DNA from: a virus
Taxonomy: Duplodnaviria > Caudoviricetes
DNA length: 30,409 nt
Virus record (IMG/VR): IMGVR_UViG_3300005805_000316
Span: 1 to 30,409 of that record
Direction: 5' to 3' (one strand)
The notes under the pieces are model-generated. The model made no database searches and was not told where the DNA came from. It worked only from the letters and a program-made list of their open reading frames with translations. Position numbers and translations under genes: made by a program. This document shows, in pieces, positions 1-9,060 of this stretch. Each line of letters opens with the position of its first letter. The stretch's first letter is position 1.

Positions 1-1000
1 TTAAATTATCATCTACAATAACAGTACCACCAGTACTATCAAGTGTTAGATTTCCTACAGAAGTATCAATTTCATTATCACCAGCAACACCAATCCTAAC
101 ATTATCAATTTCAATCCGAGTAAATGTACTGAATCCAGTTACATTTAAGTTGTTAAAATTTCCAGACTTTGTTACAACTAAATTATCAATATAGGTTGTT
201 CCGGTAAAAGATGAAATACCAGAAACATCGAAAAGATATTTTGGTAACGTGCTTCCAATACCAACTCTATCGTTTAAATAATCATAATAAAATATATCGG
301 CACCATCTACAAGACCAGTATTTCCATGGAATTGAATTTGGCCTATTGTCCCACCAGCTGCTGTTACAATCGTATCTCCACCAACCCACGAAACTCCATT
401 ATCAGAATTTTTAACTAAAATATCTCCCGCTACACCAGGATCATTATTCCAATCATAAATTGCCCCACGAAGTCTTATGTTTCCATTAACATCAAGCAAT
501 TCAGTAGGAGAATTTGTCGCAACTCCAATACGATTATTAACTACATCATAGAAAAATGAAGATACTCCAGTAAATTCATTTGAATTATTGATAAGGAACT
601 GCCCTTGAGAACCTGGAGCAAAAACTGTAATTGTTGCCCCAATTCCCGGAGAACCATCTAGGTTTAAATAACCTTCTGCTTTTATTGCAGCACCTTTAAA
701 AATTAATTGTGTTATGCTACTAATACCAGCATTGTTTGGAATAATGGTATTTTCATCAAATACTGTAATTGAACCCGGAATTAGACCTCCTCCACGAGGA
801 ACCCAATATCTTATTCCTGGACTACCAATTACTGATACAATTTGATATTGAGGGCCTGGAGGCAAATTACTCTCAATATCATTTAGTGTTGGATCACCTA
901 AATTTGGTTCTGCTTGATCTATAGAAAGATATCTACCTCTATCATCTCTTAATTGAGACTGTTGCCTTGTTTTAGATCTTCCGCTTAAATATCTTGCCAT
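1..1000 (-). CDS. Virion structural / tail-fibre-like protein, 3' end runs off the window (not in ORF track)
   Basis: ATG at 1000 and open to the window edge: MARYLSGRSKTRQQSQLRDDRGRYLSIDQAEPNLGDP...; carries RIGVATNSPTELLDVNGNIRL and RVGIGSTLPKYLFDVSG repeats typical of cyanomyovirus fibre proteins; 3 bp from the upstream gene. Confidence 0.75.
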   Translation of the reverse strand, partial: MARYLSGRSKTRQQSQLRDDRGRYLSIDQAEPNLGDPTLNDIESNLPPGPQYQIVSVIGSPGIRYWVPRGGGLIPGSITVFDENTIIPNNAGISSITQLIFKGAAIKAEGYLNLDGSPGIGATITVFAPGSQGQFLINNSNEFTGVSSFFYDVVNNRIGVATNSPTELLDVNGNIRLRGAIYDWNNDPGVAGDILVKNSDNGVSWVGGDTIVTAAGGTIGQIQFHGNTGLVDGADIFYYDYLNDRVGIGSTLPKYLFDVSGISSFTGTTYIDNLVVTKSGNFNNLNVTGFSTFTRIEIDNVRIGVAGDNEIDTSVGNLTLDSTGGTVIVDDNL

Positions 1001-1003
1001 ATA

Positions 1004-1675
1004 TCAAACTATGCTATTTTCTACAATACTACAAATAAATTCCATTTGTAATGGTGCAACTTCACCACCACTAAGGTATGTATGTGCGATTCCAGTCACT
1101 CTTCCCGAATTAGTTACGAATGTTTTTGAAGTTCCAACATTATCAACAATACTATCGATAACAAAAGACTGTTGTGGAGAAGGAAAAATAGATGTTGTAA
1201 GTCCAAATGATCCACTACAAGTAAATGCAAGACCACTCATTGTAACTTCATCTCCAACATTAAAATTATGAGGAGTAAGTGTAGTTACTGTAGTAATTCC
1301 TGTATTATTATCATATAAACATCCAGTTACTGATACGATACCTACTTGAGTTCCCTCAATGACAATCGAATCACTAATCACAGCAGTTTTTTCTAAAATT
1401 AATCTGCCATCTATGATAACTACAGCATCATTTGGAGGAACTTCGACATTTCTAATAATTCTATTATCTCTAGTATTTCCAGAAGTCCTTAAAGATGTAC
1501 TTTTTCTTTGATGAGTTAAAGTAAATGTTGGATAAGTTTCTCCAACTGCAACATTAGATACTTGTGCATAAAGTACAATGGATGCTACACCAGTTGGTGT
1601 ACTATATACAGTCTGTTTTCCAGGAGCAACTGGAACTGCAATTGTTACAAATTTATTAAGTGGTGCAACTGCCAT
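1004..1675 (-). CDS. Cyanophage virion structural protein (beta-rich)
   Basis: 223 aa; YDNNTGITTVTT..HNFNVGDEVTMSGLAFTC..GIAHTY module recurrent in cyanophage structural proteins; tightly packed in the late operon. Confidence 0.6.
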   Translation of the reverse strand: MAVAPLNKFVTIAVPVAPGKQTVYSTPTGVASIVLYAQVSNVAVGETYPTFTLTHQRKSTSLRTSGNTRDNRIIRNVEVPPNDAVVIIDGRLILEKTAVISDSIVIEGTQVGIVSVTGCLYDNNTGITTVTTLTPHNFNVGDEVTMSGLAFTCSGSFGLTTSIFPSPQQSFVIDSIVDNVGTSKTFVTNSGRVTGIAHTYLSGGEVAPLQMEFICSIVENSIV

Positions 1676-1678
1676 GAC

Positions 1679-3937
1679 TTATCTTAATGCAAATATAATT
1701 GGTGTAATTTCTGCTTGTAATGCTTTACTAAAATCTCTTCCACGAATTGTTGATGTTGGTTGATTGATTTGAAATCCCTCACCAATGTCAAAATTTCCTT
1801 TCTGATCTGTGCTAGTAAATGGTATTTGTGCCCCATCAAGTGCAACAATTTCGTTTGCTTTTATCGGAACTCCACCAGTAAATGGTGTTGATGTATTTAT
1901 ACTAGTACCTGTACCAATATATTCAAAAGAATGTGAACTGGTTAGAATTCTACTTATTCTTCTAAAAGCAACTTCTTCTCCACCAAATAACTCATAGGGA
2001 ACAAATTCCGTAAATGTAACTGTTGAAATTCCTGCAGAATTTTCTGTGGCAACATCAACAGAATAATATATTGGTTTTGTGATTACTGATGCAGAAGCAC
2101 CAGACAACTCTGCACCATCAATAAAGACTTCTAGATTTTGTGATGCTAAGTAATTTCTTCCACTATTTACAATATCAATAGCAGTAATTGAACCAGTAAC
2201 GGGATCAATAGTTGGACTTAATTCAGCAATAATTCCTTGAGGTCCTTTTGGTTGTTGTGTTCCATCATCAACATCTCTAATGATAATAGTTGGTGGAGTA
2301 ATAGCACTAAAACCACTTCCTCCATTAATAACTACAATTTCTTGTATTTCAACCATAGGTTCTTGGATAATTCCACTTCCAACAGCATCAGGATAGTTGT
2401 CTAAATTAATTTTAAAAAATAAACATTGGCCATCATAAGGTCGTCTAGAATTTGCAATACTTTCTATTGAAACTATATCACTACCGGCATTAACACCAGG
2501 TTCAGCTCTTGTTGGTGGATATGTGCCTACAGTTCCTGTAAATTCGGTTGATCCAATTCCAACTGCATATAATCCATAATTTCCAAACGAAGAGTTTGAG
2601 TTTGTTAAATCACAAGAACCACCGGTGTCACAATAAATTCCAATATGAGAATTAATAGTAAATATAGAAACTAACTGAGCATATCCATTATTTGTAATCG
2701 AAACTCCAATACCATTTTCGTTATACTGAGTAAATGAGTCACATACCATACACTTTAGATCACTACCTAAAGTTGATCCAGTTGCATGATCTCCATTTAT
2801 TTTCATACCAATACTGCCCGTCATAAAATTTGTGCAGTTTCTTATGTATGGACTTCTCCATCGACCACTTGGACCTTCATCAGCAGGACCTAAAGCAATA
2901 TATCCGCTATTTGCTAAAGAATCTGTTGGAGGAAATGCAACTGCTGCACATCCAGAATGATCTATAGATACGCTTGATCCTGCAAAATTTATATTCTCAA
3001 TTAGGCATCCGCGTCTAATATGAAATACATCTCTATCAGTATTGAGTGGTCTTACTGTAACTAATCTAAGATCTTGTCCTGTTACTGTTACATCATTTCT
3101 TAGACCTATTGGATTATTTTCACTATAAACACCAGGTCTTACAACAATAGTATCTCCAGGTTGAGCAATTTCTGCAGCTCCTCCAATTGAAGATTTTGCA
3201 TCACCTTCAAGCAATCCGCTATTTGAATCATCACCATCTTTTGTGACCCAGATAGTGTTTTGCGTTTCAACACCAGGAGGTCTCCAAGAAACACCAGTTC
3301 CTACAGAAGAAAGTCTATAATCAATTTTTCCTGTGGCTGTACTACCATTAATATCAATAAGAGAAGAATCTAATTCTAAAGTTCCTGTTAATTTTGTATC
3401 TCCGTTAACATTAAGATTCTCTTCAATTCCAACACCACCTTCTACTACAAGAGCACCAGTGTCTTTATCAGTTGATGATGTAGTTCCAGAAATAACAACA
3501 TCATTACCAACATTAAGATTCTCTTCAATTCCAACACCACCTTCTACTACAAGAGCACCAGTGTCTTTATCTAGTGATTGTGTCGTTGAATTAAGTTTTA
3601 CATCACCAGTAACGTTAAAAGTGGAATCAAATTGTACGTTTTCTGTAATATGAAGATCGCCAGAAACATCTAACTTATAAGATGGTTCTGAAACTCCAAT
3701 ACCAACATCAGTGAGTCTATATACTGCTGAACTGGATCCTGCACCAGTATATCCCCACAAATCTTGTGTTGTTATATCTGCAATCCAACCAGGATTATCT
3801 ACATTTGAAGTTGGAATTACATTATCTGTTCCAACACCAAGGCTATTACCCTGAACAAAATTTAATGCTGCAAATGATTGCGCCAGTTCAGTTGTTGGTA
3901 CATATGTACCATCCTTTAGTATGTAGAAAAATGCCAT
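1679..3937 (-). CDS. Tail fibre/spike-like protein with pectin-lyase-like beta-helix region
   Basis: 752 aa; GALVVEGGVGIEENLNV fibre repeats; IWVTKDGDDSNSG..AKSSIGGA..PGDTIVVRPGVY is a typical beta-helix entry motif; late promoter upstream. Confidence 0.65.
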   Translation of the reverse strand: MAFFYILKDGTYVPTTELAQSFAALNFVQGNSLGVGTDNVIPTSNVDNPGWIADITTQDLWGYTGAGSSSAVYRLTDVGIGVSEPSYKLDVSGDLHITENVQFDSTFNVTGDVKLNSTTQSLDKDTGALVVEGGVGIEENLNVGNDVVISGTTSSTDKDTGALVVEGGVGIEENLNVNGDTKLTGTLELDSSLIDINGSTATGKIDYRLSSVGTGVSWRPPGVETQNTIWVTKDGDDSNSGLLEGDAKSSIGGAAEIAQPGDTIVVRPGVYSENNPIGLRNDVTVTGQDLRLVTVRPLNTDRDVFHIRRGCLIENINFAGSSVSIDHSGCAAVAFPPTDSLANSGYIALGPADEGPSGRWRSPYIRNCTNFMTGSIGMKINGDHATGSTLGSDLKCMVCDSFTQYNENGIGVSITNNGYAQLVSIFTINSHIGIYCDTGGSCDLTNSNSSFGNYGLYAVGIGSTEFTGTVGTYPPTRAEPGVNAGSDIVSIESIANSRRPYDGQCLFFKINLDNYPDAVGSGIIQEPMVEIQEIVVINGGSGFSAITPPTIIIRDVDDGTQQPKGPQGIIAELSPTIDPVTGSITAIDIVNSGRNYLASQNLEVFIDGAELSGASASVITKPIYYSVDVATENSAGISTVTFTEFVPYELFGGEEVAFRRISRILTSSHSFEYIGTGTSINTSTPFTGGVPIKANEIVALDGAQIPFTSTDQKGNFDIGEGFQINQPTSTIRGRDFSKALQAEITPIIFALR
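3407..3571. repeat. Perfect 63-bp direct repeat (3407-3469, 3509-3571), period 102 bp
   Basis: Identical copies, each encoding DKDTGALVVEGGVGIEENLNV. Confidence 0.95.
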
Positions 3938-3958
3938 ACTTATAATCTATTATAGACC

Positions 3959-3966
3959 TATTTATA
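3959..3966 (-). promoter_or_regulatory. T4-type late promoter TATAAATA
   Basis: Perfect consensus in the intergenic gap, 21 bp upstream of the ATG at 3937. Confidence 0.85.
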
Positions 3967-3972
3967 AACAAG

Positions 3973-4413
3973 TTAAAATATCGGAACTCCTTCATCAAGG
4001 ATAAACAAGAATGAAGTTGATACTCCAGAACCACCGCCACCAAATACTGGTTGTCCTGGAGGTGGAGATAATGGTGGAACCCATCTTATACCACCAGCAT
4101 CAATGCTTAAAATATAACCAATTTTTCCCGGAGAGTTTACCGAATCGTAAATATCTCCATCAATTTTTACACTGCCAGATACATCAAGTTTTTGCTCTGG
4201 AAATTCAGTACCTAATCCAAGGCGGCCACCATACTCAGTTTCTTCAGAATCACTACATCCAAGTAAAACAATATCCCCAGTATATACACCTTTACTACAT
4301 GGTTCTATAAATTGATACTCAATAGAAGGAGGTTGTGGTGGATCACCATTCTCATATACATAACCAGCAGCATCCTCTGGATCATTTAAGAACCACTGGT
4401 CAACATTAAACAT
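3973..4413 (-). CDS. Hypothetical structural protein with one fibre-type repeat
   Basis: 146 aa; GRLGLGTEFPEQKLDVSGSVKIDGDIYDS resembles the repeats in the 1-1000 and 752-aa proteins. Confidence 0.6.
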   Translation of the reverse strand: MFNVDQWFLNDPEDAAGYVYENGDPPQPPSIEYQFIEPCSKGVYTGDIVLLGCSDSEETEYGGRLGLGTEFPEQKLDVSGSVKIDGDIYDSVNSPGKIGYILSIDAGGIRWVPPLSPPPGQPVFGGGGSGVSTSFLFILDEGVPIF

Positions 4414-5146
4414 TTTTCTTATCTAAAATACTCTGTACTTCATTTTTAATAATATTTTCAACATATGCATTATCATAATTAAATGAGTATCCCTCATTAC
4501 CTCCAGGATAATCTTCATAAGATTCGCCTTCATACTCAACAATTAAATCATCATCAAGTCTTCTAGCTACAATATGATAATCTGCATTAATTTTATTACC
4601 TGCATTATTTTGAACTATTACCTGTTTTCCATCACTAATTTCCTTAACAAATAATTCCTGCCAATAACCTCTAGGAGTAATATTAATTGACATATCTTCA
4701 GTATTAACTAGTCCATCCCAAAATTCTGGTAAATCAATAATTCCATTTTCAGGAACTTTTCCTCTACAATAAACTGCAATTTCTGGGCCTTCAATACATA
4801 CGTGCCTCAATCTCCATCCAGGTTTATTTGGATGTGGCATATCAAATGGAAGATTCTTTTTGTTTGATAAAACATGACTTCCATTATTACCAACAACTTC
4901 ACCTTGACATAGTGTATTTCCCTGAATAATTACATTACTAATAGACCATAAAGATCCAACTCTCATGTAATAGTAATACCAAGGAACACATGAAGGTGGA
5001 AGAGGTAGATCAGGATCTATCGGTTGATTGTCATGATTATCATGTTTTGGAACCCAATCATATCTAAAAGATGGTACACCACCAATAACTGGATCAGTAC
5101 AATCCTTTGCTCCCGAAATTCTGGGTAATAATACACCTTCTGCCAT
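4406..5146 (-). CDS. Conserved cyanophage tail-region protein (FDxPHP..WRLxHxCxEGPE domain)
   Basis: 246 aa; C-terminal half is paralogous to 5157-5936. Confidence 0.65.
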   Translation of the reverse strand: MAEGVLLPRISGAKDCTDPVIGGVPSFRYDWVPKHDNHDNQPIDPDLPLPPSCVPWYYYYMRVGSLWSISNVIIQGNTLCQGEVVGNNGSHVLSNKKNLPFDMPHPNKPGWRLRHVCIEGPEIAVYCRGKVPENGIIDLPEFWDGLVNTEDMSINITPRGYWQELFVKEISDGKQVIVQNNAGNKINADYHIVARRLDDDLIVEYEGESYEDYPGGNEGYSFNYDNAYVENIIKNEVQSILDKKNV

Positions 5147-5156
5147 TTAAATTTTC

Positions 5157-5936
5157 CTATTTTTTAATGTCGTAATTCCAACCAACAATAGATCTTTGAG
5201 AATTGTCTCCAGGATAATCTTCAATTTCTCCTTCATACTCAGGAATCAATTTTTCAGTATCAACTCTTTCAGCATATACGTGAAAGTGGCAATTTATTTC
5301 TAGGTCATCTTTTTCATTCAAATAAACAATATTATCTTCAATTTTTTCAATAATAATATTTTGATGATATTGTGTTGGAGTAATACTGACTGTAATGGTA
5401 TTCTCGTCAACTAAACCTTTCCAGTATTCTGGTAAGATTATCTTATCGTTATTTATGACCTTACCTCTATAATATACTCCTGCTTCTGGTCCTTCTAAGC
5501 AAGCATGTGTTAATCTCCAACCTTCTTTTGTGGGATGCGGAATATCAAAATCTTTTTTAACTGATAATATGTGAGCTCTTCCTAAAATTCTAGATACAAC
5601 TTCTCCTTGTGCGAGTAAATGAGTTCCTACTTCAATCTGACCATTAACTGACAGATCATTAAATACGACAGCATCGCCAATAACTGATAGTGAATATGGA
5701 GAATGATTAAACCCAGCAATAGCACCAGGAACAATTGGAATTGTGGACTCAGCATTAAAACTGGGCCCGATCATTACCGTTGCAGATACTATAGGAAAGA
5801 AAAGAGGACTTCCAGCAACTACTGGTCCTTCAATATATGCAGATCCCCTTGCTTCAGCAGGTCCAATTCCCAAACATATTGGAGTACCATCTCCAACAAA
5901 TAGTCTTTTTCCTACAAATAAGTCAGGTGTTTTCAT
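5157..5936 (-). CDS. Conserved cyanophage tail-region protein (FDxPHP..WRLxHxCxEGPE domain)
   Basis: 259 aa; FDIPHPTKEGWRLTHACLEGPEAGVYYRG; ATGA overlap with the upstream gene. Confidence 0.65.
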   Translation of the reverse strand: MKTPDLFVGKRLFVGDGTPICLGIGPAEARGSAYIEGPVVAGSPLFFPIVSATVMIGPSFNAESTIPIVPGAIAGFNHSPYSLSVIGDAVVFNDLSVNGQIEVGTHLLAQGEVVSRILGRAHILSVKKDFDIPHPTKEGWRLTHACLEGPEAGVYYRGKVINNDKIILPEYWKGLVDENTITVSITPTQYHQNIIIEKIEDNIVYLNEKDDLEINCHFHVYAERVDTEKLIPEYEGEIEDYPGDNSQRSIVGWNYDIKK

Positions 5937-6547
5937 ATCGCATTTCTTATTTCGTTTTGATATGGACCACCTTTAGAACCAAACTTAGCTCCAGCTGATA
6001 ATGCACAAGATGCTCCATCAGCAAAATCAATTAGACCACCATAAGCATTTAATATTCCTTTACCTATAATATTCACAGTATCGTTTGAAAATATCTTCGT
6101 TGAAACTCCACTTTTAATATCTACAGAACCTTTTGAATCCAAGATAATTTTCTCATTCGCAGACAAAGTAATTGTTCCATTCTTACCATCAAATCCCCTT
6201 AAACCAACTAAATCAATATTTTGAGCGTCTATTTTAACTCTACCATTTGGAGCACTTAATAGAATATCTCCATCTACTGCTTCAAAAACAATCGCATAAT
6301 TTTCTGGAGCTTTAGTAGATTTTACTCTATCACCTGCCTTAACTTGAAATGTTCCAGTGGATCTACAAACTGTCCCATTTTTTCTATTTGGGCCACCAGT
6401 AGAACACATTTCAATATAATGATTTGGGTCAGTACCACTTCTTACAATGAACGCATCAAGTTCATTGTTTTCAGTCATGTGACCAAACTTTAATTCACCA
6501 TCTTTATTTCCATATCTTATAGTGTGATAATTTTGTTGCTTAGTCAT
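5933..6547 (-). CDS. Putative baseplate spike beta-strand-repeat protein (gp5 C-terminal-like)
   Basis: 204 aa directly after gp5; alternating beta repeats ILLSAPNGRVKIDAQNIDL, ITLSANEKIILDSKGSVDIKS. Confidence 0.45.
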   Translation of the reverse strand: MTKQQNYHTIRYGNKDGELKFGHMTENNELDAFIVRSGTDPNHYIEMCSTGGPNRKNGTVCRSTGTFQVKAGDRVKSTKAPENYAIVFEAVDGDILLSAPNGRVKIDAQNIDLVGLRGFDGKNGTITLSANEKIILDSKGSVDIKSGVSTKIFSNDTVNIIGKGILNAYGGLIDFADGASCALSAGAKFGSKGGPYQNEIRNAI

Positions 6548-9060
6548 TATTGAGGAACCCTAAAGAAATCTACTTGAGGTACTTTACCAACACAGTCAAC
6601 AACAGAAATAATCTGGTCTTGTATTCCAGGTTCTTTAAGTTGATCTGCAGATACTCTATCTATACAGAATCTTGGAGTAAGTTTTGCATTATATCCTGTT
6701 TCACTCTCAATGTAAATATTTGGAACTTCTTTAAATCCTTCACCAACAGATGTAATTCTAACACTCTCTAGAGTTCCAAATGAACCAAATGTTGCAACTG
6801 CTGCTGCACCATTTGAAGGTTCTATTATGATCTTATCTGTTTCCGTGTAACTAAATCCAGTGTTTGCAATCTCAAGACCACAAAGATAAAGAATGACTGG
6901 ATACTTACCATCATCAAATACAGGATAATTACCACCTATAGTTTGTGATGATAATGTTGTTGATAATGTTGGCGGTAATGTTGGTGCTGTTATTGATACT
7001 GAGGTATTTACTGTTTGATAACTACCACCGACAATAATAGTATCTCCAAATTCCTCACTCGTACCTTCCGGAAGTCGTACAGAATCACCAGGAAGAAGAT
7101 CTATAGTTTCACCTGGAGAATAAGGTCTATCATATGTTCCATCTTCTCTTTGCACTGTTGTTTGATCTTTTTCTGCCCAAACTCTACCATCACCACCAAG
7201 ATCTCCATCAGGAGATGAAAGATATCCAGTTCCAGTTTCATCCATAATTACCGCAATAACACCATTAGAACTACCACCTGTTCCTCCTATTCCTCCTGTT
7301 CCTCCTATTCCTCCTGTTCCTGTAGTATCTGCAGCACCTCCTGTTCCATTTGGTAATGTGCTTGTGGATATTCCACTTGTCGATGTTGTTGCAATTCCGG
7401 CATTTGAAGGTCCAAGAATTGCTCTACCATATGCACCTCTTCCTTTTCCACAAGCATCAGCAAACTTGACAAATGGTGCAGACGTATAACCAGATCCAGT
7501 TGATATAATATCAACTCCCATGATCTCACCAACAGCACTTACAATTACATTTCCAGAAGCTCCAGATCCACCGCCACCAAAAAATTCAACTGTAGGAGGA
7601 CCACAAAGAAGAGCACCAACATTACAAGTATCAGAAAATACATCTGAGAAATCAAAATCAAAATTAAAATTATCTGGATCTACTGATTGAGAAGCATTAG
7701 ATGCAAAATTTTTAACCTTATTAAAAAGAGTATCAAGATCTAATGTCAATCCAGCTCCAGGTCCATCATAAATACTCCACTCTTTAACTTCAGAACATTG
7801 TGGTCTTTCATCACAAGAAAGGAATGAAAGTATATCTTGGACAATTGATAGAATATCACCAACAAGATCAACTGCTCCAAGAATTGCATTCACGGGAGCC
7901 ATAATTGCACTAAGAGCAGAATTAATAAGACCTGTTAGTTTTCCAAGAACAGCAGCAAGAATATTCTCAGCAGCACATAAAGGAACATTAATAAAACGAT
8001 CTACTGCACTTAATAAAAATTTAGTTAGTATTGAAATAAGTTGCCCTATAATTTTTTTAAACAAACAAGATATAAGATCGAATGCAGTTTCAATTGCTAG
8101 TTTTGGTTTTCCTCTCGCATTAGGAGGTATGAGATAATAAAGATCCTTTGCTCCTCTTTCAATATTTTCCTTTACTCTTTTTTGAATTTCTTCAACAACT
8201 CCTTTAAACCATCCAGTAATTTCTTTGGATACATTTTGAACTTTATATTGAATATATTCCTCTAATCCAAATTTCTGTCCGTTTTCACTAATCAATTCGT
8301 TAGTAAACCTATACTGCCAAGAATTAACTTCTTGTTTTACCTTTTCAATGTCTTGAATTAAATTTTGAATAGACTTTGCAACTCCAGTTATTTGGATTGG
8401 TTCGCAAGTAGATGTTGCCGCTACATAAGGACTTTGTTTTTGATCTTTTGCTGCTATTTGATCTGCAACGTTTGTTTGTACAGTACTGCTTGGAGTATTT
8501 GATTCAATAGTAACAGAATCGTATCTAGGATCATATCCACCTCTAGCGTTTACATCTCTTGCTCTAGGATCTCTTGGTCCTGTGATGGGAGGAGAACCTC
8601 CGGGAACTACAGCATAAATTGGAACTGCGGAAGAAAGATTATATCCACTTAAAGGATCAAATCCATCTTTTTGTGAGGACTTTAAATAAGTTTGATCATT
8701 ATTTCCTATGCATCCAATAATGAGAGGTTCATTGCCTTCACTATCCTTATAAATTCCAAATACTACAGAACCTTCTCTTAGATTTGATGTTTGATAACTT
8801 GATGCATGTCCTGTTCCAGCAGTGACTGGATACATAACTTCGCACAATTCAAGTTTATCATCTTCTAGTTTATTTCTATTTTGAGTATGCTTTCCAACAA
8901 TTCTAACTTTATATCTTGCACCCCAACCAGGAATGGTATCTATTGAAGACCATTTTTCCGACTTCTGATTTCCTTTCCAAGTTAAATCGGATACAATAAT
9001 TCCCGTCCACCATCGTGGATCTGATCCAATTGTTTGAGTGTCGAAAAGATTATTTGTCAT
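6547..9060 (-). CDS. gp5: Baseplate hub protein gp5-like (N-terminal OB-fold, no recognisable lysozyme domain)
   Basis: 837 aa; WWTGII..RYKVRIVGKH..LREGSVVFG..PLIIG is the gp5 N-terminal signature; expected synteny. Confidence 0.75.
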   Translation of the reverse strand: MTNNLFDTQTIGSDPRWWTGIIVSDLTWKGNQKSEKWSSIDTIPGWGARYKVRIVGKHTQNRNKLEDDKLELCEVMYPVTAGTGHASSYQTSNLREGSVVFGIYKDSEGNEPLIIGCIGNNDQTYLKSSQKDGFDPLSGYNLSSAVPIYAVVPGGSPPITGPRDPRARDVNARGGYDPRYDSVTIESNTPSSTVQTNVADQIAAKDQKQSPYVAATSTCEPIQITGVAKSIQNLIQDIEKVKQEVNSWQYRFTNELISENGQKFGLEEYIQYKVQNVSKEITGWFKGVVEEIQKRVKENIERGAKDLYYLIPPNARGKPKLAIETAFDLISCLFKKIIGQLISILTKFLLSAVDRFINVPLCAAENILAAVLGKLTGLINSALSAIMAPVNAILGAVDLVGDILSIVQDILSFLSCDERPQCSEVKEWSIYDGPGAGLTLDLDTLFNKVKNFASNASQSVDPDNFNFDFDFSDVFSDTCNVGALLCGPPTVEFFGGGGSGASGNVIVSAVGEIMGVDIISTGSGYTSAPFVKFADACGKGRGAYGRAILGPSNAGIATTSTSGISTSTLPNGTGGAADTTGTGGIGGTGGIGGTGGSSNGVIAVIMDETGTGYLSSPDGDLGGDGRVWAEKDQTTVQREDGTYDRPYSPGETIDLLPGDSVRLPEGTSEEFGDTIIVGGSYQTVNTSVSITAPTLPPTLSTTLSSQTIGGNYPVFDDGKYPVILYLCGLEIANTGFSYTETDKIIIEPSNGAAAVATFGSFGTLESVRITSVGEGFKEVPNIYIESETGYNAKLTPRFCIDRVSADQLKEPGIQDQIISVVDCVGKVPQVDFFRVPQ
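7277..7321. repeat. 18-bp tandem repeat, 2.5 copies, encoding a Gly-rich linker GTGGIG
   Basis: Unit cctgttcctcctattcct. Confidence 0.9.

Noticed and set aside
3407-3571. 63-bp repeat pair as a diversity-generating retroelement TR/VR
   Set aside because: The copies are identical with no adenine-specific differences, both are in frame in one gene, and no reverse transcriptase is present
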